A DNA stretch of 64,000 nt from Macrostomum lignano (Eukaryota), in the NCBI GenBank assembly GCA_002269645.1, contig NIVC01000061.1, forward strand, positions 1,054,001 through 1,118,000. Direction: 5' to 3'. The notes under the pieces are model-generated. The model was not told the DNA's origin. It made no database searches and saw nothing but the letters and a program-made list of their open reading frames with translations. The translations under genes were made by a program, and so were the position numbers. Shown here in pieces: positions 25,868-38,245 of this stretch; position 1 is the first letter of the stretch; each line of letters starts with the position of its first letter.

Positions 25868-28800
25868 ATTGCAGTTGCACTTGAAGTTGCAGTTAAAGTT
25901 ACAGTTACAGTTGAAGTTGCAGTTGAAGTTGCAATTGAAGTTGCAATTGCAATTGCAGTTGCAGTTGCAGTTGCAGTTGCAGTTACAGTTGCAGTTACAG
26001 TTGCAGTTGCAGTTGCAGTTGCAGTTACAGTTACAGTTGCAGTTGAAGTTGCAATTGAAGTTGCAGTTACAGTTACAGTTGCAGTTACAGTTGCAGTTGC
26101 AGTTACAGTTGCAGTTACAGTTGCAGTTGCAGTTACAGTTACAGTTGCAGTTGCAGTTGCAGTTGCAGTTGCAGTTACAGTTACAGTTGCAGTTGAAGTT
26201 GCAATTGAAGTTGCAGTTACAGTTACAGTTGCAGTTACAGTTGCAGTTGCAGTTACAGTTGCAGTTACAGTTGCAGTTGCAGTTACAGTTACAGTTGCAG
26301 TTGCAGTTGCAGTTGCAGTTACAGTTACAGTTGCAGTTGAAGTTGCAATTGAAGTTGCAGTTACAGTTACAGTTGCAGTTACAGTTGCAGTTACAGTTGC
26401 AGTTGCAGTTACAGTTACAGTTACAGTTGCACTTGCACTTGAAGTTGCAGTTACAGTTACAGTTGCAGTTGCAGTTGCATTTACAGTTGCAGTTACAGTT
26501 GCAGTTGCAGTTGCAGTTGAAGTTGCAATTGAAGTTGCAGTTACAGTTACAGTTGCAGTTACAGTTGCAGTTACAGTTGCAGTTGCAGTTACAGTTACAG
26601 TTACAGTTGCAGTTGCAGTTGCACTTGAAGTTGCAGTTACAGTTACAGTTGCAGTTGCAGTTGCACTTGAAGTTGCAGTTACAGTTACAGTTGCAGTTGC
26701 AGTTGCAGTTGCACTTGAAGTTACAGTTACAGTTGCAGTTGCAGTTGAAGTTGCAGTTACAGTTACAGTTGCAGTTACAGTTGCAGTTGCAGTTGCAGTT
26801 GCACTTGCACTTGAAGTTGCAGTTACAGTTACAGTTGCAGTTGCAGTTGCAGTTGCACTTGCACTTGAAGTTGCAGTTACAGTTACAGTTGCAGTTGCAG
26901 TTGCAGTTGCACTTGAAGTTGCAGTTACAGTTACAGTTGCAGTTGCAGTTGCAGTTGCACTTGAAGTTACAGTTACAGTTACAGTTGCAGTTGCAGTTGC
27001 AGTTGCACTTGCACTTGAAGTTGCAGTTACAGTTACAGTTGCAGTTGCAGTTGCAGTTGCACTTGAAGTTACAGTTACAGTTACAGTTGCAGTTGCAGTT
27101 GCAGTTACAGTTACAGTTGCAGTTACAGTTGCAGTTGCAGTTGCAGTTGCACTTGCACTTGAAGTTGCAGTTACAGTTACAGTTGCAGTTGCAGTTGCAG
27201 TTGCACTTGAAGTTGCAGTTACAGTTACAGTTGCAGTTGCAGTTGCAGTTGCACTTGAAGTTACAGTTACAGTTACAGTTGCAGTTGCAGTTGCACTTGC
27301 ACTTAAAGTTGCAGTTACAGTTACAGTTGCAGTTGCAGTTGCAGTTGCACTTGAAGTTACAGTTACAGTTACAGTTGCAGTTGCAGTTGCAGTTGCAGTT
27401 GCAGTTACAGTTACAGTTGCAGTTGCAGTTGCAGTTGCACTTGAAGTTACAGTTACAGTTACAGTTGCAGTTGCAGTTGCAGTTACAGTTACAGTTGCAG
27501 TTGCAGTTGAAGTTGCAATTGAAGTTGCAGTTACAGTTGCAGTTGCAGTTACAGTTACAGTTGCAGTTGCAGTTGCAGTTGCACTTGAAGTTGCAGTTAC
27601 AGTTACAGTTGCAGTTGCAGTTGCAGTTGCACTTGAAGTTGCAGTTACAGTTACAGTTACAGTTACAGTTGCAGTTGCAGTTGCAGTTGCACTTGCACTT
27701 GAAGTTGCAGTTGAAATTGCAATTGAAGTTGCAGTTGCAGTTACAGTTACAGTTGCAGTTACAGTTGCATTTACAGTTGCAGTTGCAGTTGCATTTACAG
27801 TTGCAGTTACAGTTGCAGTTGCAGTTGCAGTTGAAGTTGCAATTGAAGTTGCAGTTACAGTTACAGTTGCAGTTACAGTTGCAGTTACAGTTGCAGTTGC
27901 AGTTACAGTTACAGTTACAGTTGCAGTTGCAGTTGCACTTGAAGTTGCAGTTACAGTTACAGTTGCAGTTGCAGTTGCACTTGAAGTTGCAGTTACAGTT
28001 ACAGTTGCAGTTGCAGTTGCAGTTGCACTTGAAGTTACAGTTACAGTTGCAGTTGCAGTTGAAGTTGCAGTTACAGTTACAGTTGCAGTTACAGTTGCAG
28101 TTGCAGTTGCAGTTGCACTTGCACTTGAAGTTGCAGTTACAGTTACAGTTGCAGTTGCAGTTGCAGTTGCACTTGCACTTGAAGTTGCAGTTACAGTTAC
28201 AGTTGCAGTTGCAGTTGCAGTTGCACTTGAAGTTGCAGTTACAGTTACAGTTGCAGTTGCAGTTGCAGTTGCACTTGAAGTTACAGTTACAGTTACAGTT
28301 GCAGTTGCAGTTGCAGTTGCACTTGCACTTGAAGTTGCAGTTACAGTTACAGTTGCAGTTGCAGTTGCAGTTGCACTTGAAGTTACAGTTACAGTTACAG
28401 TTGCAGTTGCAGTTGCAGTTACAGTTACAGTTGCAGTTACAGTTGCAGTTGCAGTTGCAGTTGCAGTTGCACTTGAAGTTGCAGTTACAGTTACAGTTGC
28501 AGTTGCAGTTGCAGTTGCACTTGAAGTTACAGTTACAGTTACAGTTGCAGTTGCAGTTGCAGTTGCACTTGAAGTTACAGTTACAGTTACAGTTGCAGTT
28601 GCAGTTGCAGTTGCACTTGCACTTGAAGTTGCAGTTACAGTTACAGTTGCAGTTGCAGTTGCAGTTGCACTTGAAGTTACAGTTACAGTTACAGTTGCAG
28701 TTGCAGTTGCAGTTGCAGTTGCAGTTACAGTTACAGTTGCAGTTGCAGTTGCAGTTGCAGTTGCAGTTACAGTTACAGTTGCAGTTGCAGTTGAAGTTGC

Positions 28801-29511
28801 AATTGAAGTTGCAGTTACAGTTGCAGTTGCAGTTACAGTTACAGTTGCAGTTGCAGTTGCAGTTGCACTTGAAGTTGCAGTTACAGTTACAGTTGCAGTT
28901 GCAGTTGCAGTTGCACTTGAAGTTACAGTTACAGTTACAGTTGCAGTTGCAGTTACAGTTGCAGTTGCAGTTGCAGTTGCACTTGCACTTGAAGTTGCAG
29001 TTACAGTTACAGTTACAGTTGCAGTTGCAGTTGCACTTGAAGTTGCAGTTACAGTTACAGTTACAGTTGCAGTTACAGTTGCACTTGCACTTGAAGTTGC
29101 AGTTACAGTTACAGTTGCAGTTGCAGTTGCAGTTGCACTTGCACTTGAAGTTGCAGTTACAGTTACAGTTACAGTTACAGTTGCAGTTGCAGTTGCAGTT
29201 GCACTTGCACTTGAAGTTGCAGTTACAGTTACAGTTACAGTTGCAGTTGCAGTTGCACTTGAAGTTGCAGTTACAGTTACAGTTACAGTTACAGTTGCAG
29301 TTGCAGTTGCAGTTGCACTTGCACTTGAAGTTGCAGTTGAAGTTGCAATTGAAGTTGCAGTTGCAGTTACAGTTACAGTTGCAGTTACAGTTGCATTTAC
29401 AGTTGCAGTTACAGTTGCAGTTGCAGTTGAAGTTGCACTTGAAGTTGCAGTTACAGTTACAGTTGCAGTTGCACTTGCAGTTTCACTTGAAGTTACAGTT
29501 ACAGTTAAAGT
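25868..29511. repeat. Hexamer satellite (CAGTTG/CAGTTA with AAGTTG, CAATTG, CACTTG variants), left part
   Basis: Strict 6-nt phase over 3.6 kb; continues at 31551-31708 after the LINE. Confidence 0.98.
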
Positions 29512-31550
29512 GGAATCCCTGGAATCCCGGGGCACGCACGAGCACCTTATCCACTGGATCATGTACATGGTCTCCCATCGTACTGCCACCTCGCACCTCC
29601 TGGGACACTCCCGCTCTGTGGAGGTCCAGAAAGGCGAACCGCAAGGTGGAGTCCTCAGCCCGATCCTCTGGAATTTAGCCATGGACGAGCTGCTCTGCAG
29701 CCCGCATCCGGACCCGGTTCAGATGGTCGGCTATGCGGACGATGTTACCGCCACTGTGGCTGGACCATCACCCGCGGTCCTCAGGGACCTCCTTCAAGCC
29801 TTCATCCACCGTGCCGAGCGCTGGGCACATAGCTGCGGTCTCAGGTTCTCTGAGTCTAAAACCGTGGCTATTATGTTCACCAGTCGCCGAAACTGGAGGA
29901 TCGAACCGCTCTCCCTCTATGGCAAACCCGTTGCCATGGAGAAACAAACCAGATGTCTGGGTGTCACCCTCGACCACAGGTTGAGTTGGACTCCGCACGT
30001 CCAATCCAAAGCCCGCAAAGCCCTCGCGACTCTCGCGCAGATCCGCAGAGCTTTCGGCGCCACCTAGGGCCTCACCCCCCGCCGCCTCTGGTGGATTTAC
30101 ACTGCCATTGTTAGACCGGCCATCTTCGCCGGCTTCATTTGGAACAGTGCTCTAGAGGTGAAAGGGGTTCTTGAGGCTCTAAATAGGGTGCAAGGCCGCG
30201 CTTGTCGAGCTATCATGAGCGCGGCTCCCTCTACGCCCTTCGCTGGGATGAACTCCTTCATGGACATTCCCCCCTCGACCTCTTTGTCAGAAAGGAGGCA
30301 ATGAAGACCACCCGCCGTCTACTTGACGCGGGTGTCCAAATCCAGAAGCAGTTCGCCTTTAGAAAGCGGAACCTATGGCCGCACGGCGACCTCAGCATGC
30401 GAGACCTGGAAGCAGCGGGAGGCCTGCTGACCCTCTCGGACGGAATCCCGTCCACGCTCTGCTCTCCGCTCAAATTCAAAACAGCATTCCACCACGTCAT
30501 GAAGCAAGGGACAACTGGAAATCCCGTGAAATCCACTGCTTCACTGACAAGACCCAAATCAACTCCGCCCCTGGCTACGGCTACTGCATCGTGTCTGGAG
30601 GGAGAACTGTGGCGACCTTCTCCCAGCACACCGGCACCTGCTCCACCGTCTTCCAGAACGAAGTTCTCGCCATCTGCTCCTGTGCCATGGAGCTGTACAA
30701 TCAGCGCGTCTGGGGGAAGGAAATTACCCTCCACTCGGACAGTGAAGCTGCTATTCACGCCCTTGAGCGCACCACCACCTGCTCGCGTACAGTCCTTGAC
30801 TGCATCGGGCAGCTCAACCGCTTAGGCGCCTCCAACAAGGTGTCCCTAAGGTGGATCCCAGGGCACTCGGACCACCCCGGCAATGAGTTGGCCGATCGCC
30901 TGGCCAAGGATGGCCCAACCGGTTCTTTTACTGGTCCTCTGCCCGTGGCCCCCACCCCCACCGCCGTTGTCACCACTCGGATCAACCAGTGGGTGGCTCA
31001 AAGCACAAGGAAATGTGGCCTTACGCCCCAGACTGCCGGGAATCCCGCGCGGCTGTCCCCTGTTCTCCCCCGCCCTCCACAGGGCCCTGCTTGGACTCAA
31101 CCGCAGGGACATCAGGGCGGTGACCATGGCCCTCTCGGGTCATGGCTGTTTTGCCAGGCATCGCTACCTCCAGGGAAAAATCCGCAGTGAGGAATGCCCA
31201 TTCTGCCTCTCCGGTGTCGAGAATGCGGAGCACTTTATCTGTGAATGCCCCGCCTTTACTCAGGACAGGCTCACCCACCTCGGCCCAAACCCGGACCTCT
31301 CCGACGTTTTCAGGCCCGAGAATCTCTGCCAGCTCGTCCGCTACCTAAGGGCTACTGGGCGAGCGGCAGTCCACCTCCTGGACCCTCCGGAGGGGGACCA
31401 CGCTGCGGACATCGGCGCCACCGGAACTCCCTGCGCGACACCGCAGCACTAGCTGCCCGTGGTCGCCAGGGGCTAGCGAAATGGGCGGCAACGCCTCCTC
31501 GCTGTTTCCGGACGCACGGAGCCCCGTGCAGCTAAGTCAAGTAAGTCAAG
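29512..31550 (+). mobile_element. 5'-truncated, decayed LOA-type non-LTR retrotransposon (RT + RNase H + CCHC)
   Basis: RT motifs KGEPQGGVLSPILWN and YADD; in-frame TAG at 30065; RNase H (FTD, FQNE, SDSEAA, WIPGH, GNELADRLAK); C-terminal CPFC-x8-HFICEC; at least 3 frameshifts; tail (TAAGTCAAG)2. Clade assignment from domain order and motifs. Confidence 0.85.
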
Positions 31551-31708
31551 TGCAGTTGCAGTTGCAGTTGCAGTTAGAGTTGCATTAACAGTAGCAGTTA
31601 CAGTTGCAGTTGCAGTTGCAGTTAGAGTTGCATTAACAGTAGCAGTTACAGTTGCAGTTGCAGTTACAGTTACAGTTACAGTTGCAGTTGCAGTTGTAGT
31701 TGCAGTAA
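31551..31708. repeat. Hexamer satellite, right part
   Basis: Same CAGTTG/CAGTTA units resume immediately after the LINE tail. Confidence 0.95.
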
Positions 31709-32159
31709 CTAACTAGTGCATTTTGTTTCTAAATAGCTACTTGCATCACATCTGAGCATACAGTCGGGTATCACTATATGGAGAGAACGACTTTAGTTCA
31801 AAATTTTTATTTCGTATAATGGATTTAAATTTGGTTTGCCAACCAAAATATCCCGATTCAAATTACACTGTTTAAATTTGATTTCTTCCCAATCCGCTAA
31901 ACAATCCTATGTACAGGTAGACAGTCCAGATTCCAGGCTCAGTGATCCTTGCACTGCCTGTGCTCATTGGGCGACCCTTCATTCAACTTGCTTGTCAGTT
32001 GTGGCGACTTTTGTAGCAATTGAAGAGATCTTGTTGCCAGAAATCTCCCTCATTTATCATAAATCAGGAGTTTCAATCAACGCCTTGATTTGATGCGTGA
32101 ACTCACATTGAAGTTCTGAATTTTCATTTCATTGGTGCATATATTTTATATTTGGAGTT

Positions 32160-33345
32160 TGGCGTCATGTCAAACATAAAAGACGCGTCATGTCAAACAT
32201 TAAAGACGCGTCATGTCAAACATAAAAGACGCGTCATGTCAAACATAAAAGACGCGTCATGTCAAACATAAAAGACACGTTATGTAAAACATAAAAGACG
32301 CGTCATGTCAAACATAAAAGATACGTCATGTCAAAAATAAAAGACATGACATGTTAAACATAAAAGACGCGTCATGTAAAACATAAAACACGCGTCATGT
32401 CAAACATAAAAGATACGTCATGTCAAAAATAAAAGACACGAAATGTTAAACATAAAAGACGCGTCATGTCAAACATAAAAGACGCGTCATGTCAAATATA
32501 AAGACACGTCATGTCAAACATAAAAGACGAGTCATGTAAAACATAAAGGACGCGTCATGTCAAACATTAAAGACGCGTCATGTAAAACATAAAAGACGCG
32601 TCATGTCAAACATAAAAGATACGTCATGTCAAAAATAAAAGACACGACATGTTAAACATAAAAGACGCGTCATGTAAAACATAAAAGACGCGTCATGTCA
32701 AACATAAAAGATACGTCATGTCAAAAATAAAAGACACGACATGTTAAACATAAAAGACGCGTCATGTCAAACATAAAAGACGCGTCATGTCAAACATAAA
32801 AGACGAGTCATGTAAAACATAAAGGACGCGTCATGTCAAACATAAAAGATACGTCATGTCAAACATAAAGACACGTCATGTCAAACATAAAAGACGCGTC
32901 ATGTCAAACATAAAAGACGAGTCATGTAAAACATAAAGGACGCGTCATGTCAAACATAAAAGACGCGTCATGTCAAACATAAAAGACACGTCATGTAAAA
33001 CATAAAAGACGCGTCATGTCAAACATAAAAGATACGTCATGTCAAAAATAAAAGACACGACATGTTAAACATAAAAGACGCGTCATGTCAAAAATAAAAG
33101 ACACGACATGTTAAACATAAAAGACACGACATGTTAAACATAAAACACGCGTCATGTCAAACATAAAAGATACGTCATGTAAAACATAAAAGACGCGTCA
33201 TGTCAAACATAAAGGACACGTCATGTAAAACATATATAAGAAGCGTCATGTAATAAATAGACACGTCATGTAAAAATAGACACGTCATGTAAAACTTAAA
33301 ACACACGTCATGTCAAACAAAAGAAGCCCGATGTCAAACAAAAGA
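32160..33345. repeat. 23 bp minisatellite (AAAAGACGCGTCATGTCAAACAT)n
   Basis: Direct reading. Confidence 0.96.
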
Positions 33346-33681
33346 AGCGTCATTTCAAATAAAAGAAGGGTCACGTCAAACATAACTGGCTCGGGGAGGA
33401 TTGCTAAGATGTCAAAAGTTCATACAGGAATTGATGCAAATCTGTGGCTCATGGGGTTGCTCTGTTGCTTTTTGAGCCAAAGCACATTGGGGATGCTTTT
33501 TTGCCCTAATCGTCATGTTCTTCAAGAAATCAACAATGGTGCCTTTACGAGGTCAAAGCCTATGACTATGTACTCGTAGTTTATTAAAAAATAATGTATT
33601 TCATTTTTGCTGTCTTCCCAGCGGAAGGAATGCTGACAGACAGCTAATGATATTACGAATAATATTTGTATGAACTGCAAA

Positions 33682-34645
33682 TTACAAATTTCGGCCCACT
33701 CGCACCAGCAACAGGCAGGCCAGTGTTAGCATGGTGACACGCTGGCTGACTTGCAAACCGGAACTTCTGCCGGATTTGGCTGCCGCGGTCGAGCCGTGAA
33801 TGCAGTAGCCGAAAGGAAACGCGGGGTTGGCGTCGCAGGCGCCCGAGCAGCAGTCCGGGCCGGTGGTGCAGGGGTCGCCGCCCTTTCCACAGGGTCGGCT
33901 GCCCAGGATTCCGGGAGCTGCTGGGAAGGTAGTGGATTGCTGGGCATACTGAGTTGAACACGGGCTGGGAAGAGCAACTCTGAGTCTCGCGCCACGACTC
34001 CTGGTTCGATTCCTACCAGGATTTTGACTTTCTAACGATTTGATGTGCACCCTGTGTGAGCGTGTGCACGAGTGCGTGCCTGAGTACAGTTATTGGCGCT
34101 CTTGAGTGTGCTCAGGAGTCAGCTGAATGAGCAGAATTGCCCCAGCGCTGGCTGTGGGTCGATGCCTCCGAAGGCGTTGCGCCAGGGTGGCTGCAGCCTG
34201 CGTGCAGTTGTTTTTGTATTTTACACAGTTGGAACAGGCGTACATGTATGTATTGATAGAGGCAGGGGCTGTGTGCACGTACGCAGTCACACGCACAGGC
34301 ACACACTCACACAGGAGTGCACAGCGGCCCTGACTTAATTTATCGTTTCGGCATGTACACTTCCCACTTCCTTGAGGGTCGGCCCTCAAAGGGCGTTAAT
34401 TGCACGAGCAGAGCCGAGCAGAGATTCCAATTCAGGCCCAAATTAAGGCGACTACACTTGGAATCGAGCCTGGGCCGCTGGCACATCAGAGCACCGCACT
34501 GGACCTCTGGGCTGCGCCCCCCACCCCCGTAATAATACAAAGTTCATGAAAGTGGTATTATTAAACAAAGTATAACTGACTGACCTGTGTGCAGAGCAAG
34601 AAAGATTACAAGTCTCAGATAGCGACCTGGTGTGTTGGTTGACAT
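33682..34645 (-). CDS. Knottin A: secreted ICK peptide with hydrophobic C-terminal tail, 99 aa
   Basis: join(34645..34585, 33920..33682), phase 1 GT-AG; MSTNTPGRYLRLVIFLALHTAAPGILG-SRPCGKGGDPCTTGPDCCSGACDANPAFPFGYCIHG...VTMLTLACLLLVRVGRNL; minus-strand AATAAA at 33580-33585. Confidence 0.72.
33960..34088 (+). mobile_element. Short tRNA-derived SINE-like copy S4 in knottin A intron
   Basis: CTGAGTCTCGC..GACTCCTGGTTCGATTCC (head like S1) plus tail GTGCACCCTGTGTGAGCGTGTG (like S2/S3). Confidence 0.55.
34270..34525 (-). mobile_element. tRNA-derived SINE-like copy S3 in knottin A intron
   Basis: Colinear with S2; head GGGGGCGCAGCCCAGAGG...GGCTCGATTCC, TG-rich tail. Confidence 0.7.
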
Positions 34646-34874
34646 TTAAAAGAAGATACTCAAAAGCTGCAAAAATTACCTAAGCCTGAAGATACACGCA
34701 AGTTGCCAAGCCTGAGGAGCAACTATAGAAATCTAAACAAGTCAACACTGTCTATGGCCACAGCAGCAAACTGAATCAAAGTCGCATGGGAATTTGTTAA
34801 GGACAAGTAGGAGCATTATTTAAAACGTTGAGCGATATTTGAAAAGCTGACGCTGAGCTGACCGACAAAGCGCG

Positions 34875-36189
34875 ATGTGGCAGATTGGCTTTCTCTTGTT
34901 GGTACTTTTTGCCTCTTTGCTCATGGGTGAGTAAAAAGTGAATTTGTAGTTTCTGACCAAATGGCACCTGTTTCACCTCCGACAGATGTGACCTTATCCA
35001 AACAGATGTGATCTGAGAGATGTAACATCCTAAAGACAGATGTGATCCTCACCAAACAGATGTAACCTATACCGAAAAGATGTGACCTACATGTACACCA
35101 GACAGATGTGACCTCCACCCAGACAGATGTGACCTCCACCCAGACAGATGTGACTCTCACCAGACAGATGTGACCATCACCAGACAAATTTGACCTTCAC
35201 CCAGACAGATGTGACTCTCATCAGACAGATGTGACCTCCACCCAGACAGATGTGACCTCCACCCAGACAGATGTGACTCTCACCAGACAGATGTGACCAT
35301 CACCAGACAAATTTGACCTTCACCCAGACAGATGTGACTCTCATCAGACAGATGTGACCTTCACCAGACAAATTTGACCTCCATCAGACAAATTTGACCT
35401 TCACCAGACAAATTTGACCTCCATCAGACAGATGTGATCCCCAGCAGACAGATGTGATCCCCAGCAGACAGATGTGATCCCCAGCAGACAGATGTGACCT
35501 TCACCAGACAAATTTGACCTCCATCAGACAAATTTGACCTTCACCAGACAAATTTGACCTCCATCAGACAGATGTGATCCCCAGCAGACAGATGTGATCC
35601 CCAGCAGACAGATGTGATCCCCAGCAGACAGATGTGACCTTCACCAGACAAATTTGACCTCCATCAGACAAATTTGACCTTCACCAGACAAATTTGACCT
35701 CCATCAGACAGATGTGATCCCCAGCAGACAGATGTGATCCCCAGCAGACAGATGTGATCCCCAGCAGACAGATGTGATCCCCAGCAGACAGATGTGATCC
35801 CCAGCAGACAGATGTGATCCCCAGCAGACACATGTGATCCCCAGCAGACAGATGTGATCCCCAGCAGACAGATGTGATCCCCAGCAGACAGATGTGATCC
35901 CCAGCAGACACATGTGATCCCCAGCAGACAGATGTGATCCCCAGCAGACAGATGTGATCCCCAGCAGACAGATGTGATCTTTCCCAGACGTAAATTCTGA
36001 CTACCATTATCTTTAAGAGCTCACACAATCGCCGCTCCCCTTCGCGCAGCTCCGAGGGAGGCGGCGGGCTGCAGCCGGCAGTGCAACGGCCTTGGCAACG
36101 TGTGCAGGCGCCGCGCAGACTGCTGCGAGGGCCTCTACTGCATCGGTTTCGACCCCGTTGTTGGTCGATTCGGCCTCTGCACCGATTGA
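34875..36189 (+). CDS. Knottin B: secreted ICK peptide, 63 aa (not in ORF track)
   Basis: join(34875..34926, 36050..36189), phase 1 GT-AG; MWQIGFLLLVLFASLLMAPREAAGCSRQCNGLGNVCRRRADCCEGLYCIGFDPVVGRFGLCTD*. Confidence 0.8.
34978..35990. repeat. 20 bp minisatellite (CAGACAGATGTGATCCCCAG)n in knottin B intron
   Basis: Direct reading. Confidence 0.96.
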
Positions 36190-36399
36190 CTCCGCTGCTG
36201 CGAGAGTCACGTGACACTTTTTATTGTTTTATCACTCGTTTTACTCTTTTTCTCTCAGTACGCTGTTCGATAAACTCGGATCAAAATTGTCTGTGTGGGT
36301 AATGGTGCATTTTCTCTGAAGAGCGAACGGCGCCTCCAGTTTATATTGCTTAGATATATCGAGTCTTTAAATTATTTAATGTTTGGTTATTCAGTTACT

Positions 36400-37761
<1,362 letters not shown>

Positions 37762-38245
37762 AGTCTGCATGCAAACTAAGGAAATCTCCCATTGACCTGT
37801 AGCTCCACACTGCACTGTTTGCACACAAGGCAAATATGCATAATGCTATATCCGACTGAAAAACAGACTCCATTTGTTTCTGAGCAAAATTCACACAAGA
37901 AAAGCTCAGGTTAACCCCAACAACTGAGACTTGCTGGCCAACTTAGATCACGATTGACACACGGAAACTTCCCCTAGTAGAAAGCTACGTAAAAGTCAAT
38001 ACAACAATATGCCTACGATAGAACCGGAAGTCATCCATTTCTTGTAAACGACAATACCCCATGAAGATGATGACAATGACGATGAGGCACAAGAGATGCT
38101 GGCCAACTTCTTCATGCAGCTCGGAGGCATCGCTGACAAAGCGAAGGCAGTTTATAAAAAGACAAAAACCGATCAAATGAGACTTTTAGCACCCCCTGTC
38201 TGCAGAATCCCCATCACCCATTCGATGCTTTCACTGCCAGTCAGA

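Noticed and set aside
25802-30067. Giant 1281-1421 aa ORFs (VAVT.., LQLQ.., TATV..) as antifreeze, mucin or RT-fusion proteins
   Set aside because: They follow automatically from a stop-free hexamer satellite; starts are non-ATG or lie in antisense RT; no signal peptide or splice context.
34090-34200. Alternative terminal exon for knottin A (ATLAQRLRRHRP...)
   Set aside because: An in-phase acceptor exists but there is no donor, no recognisable domain and no clear polyA signal.
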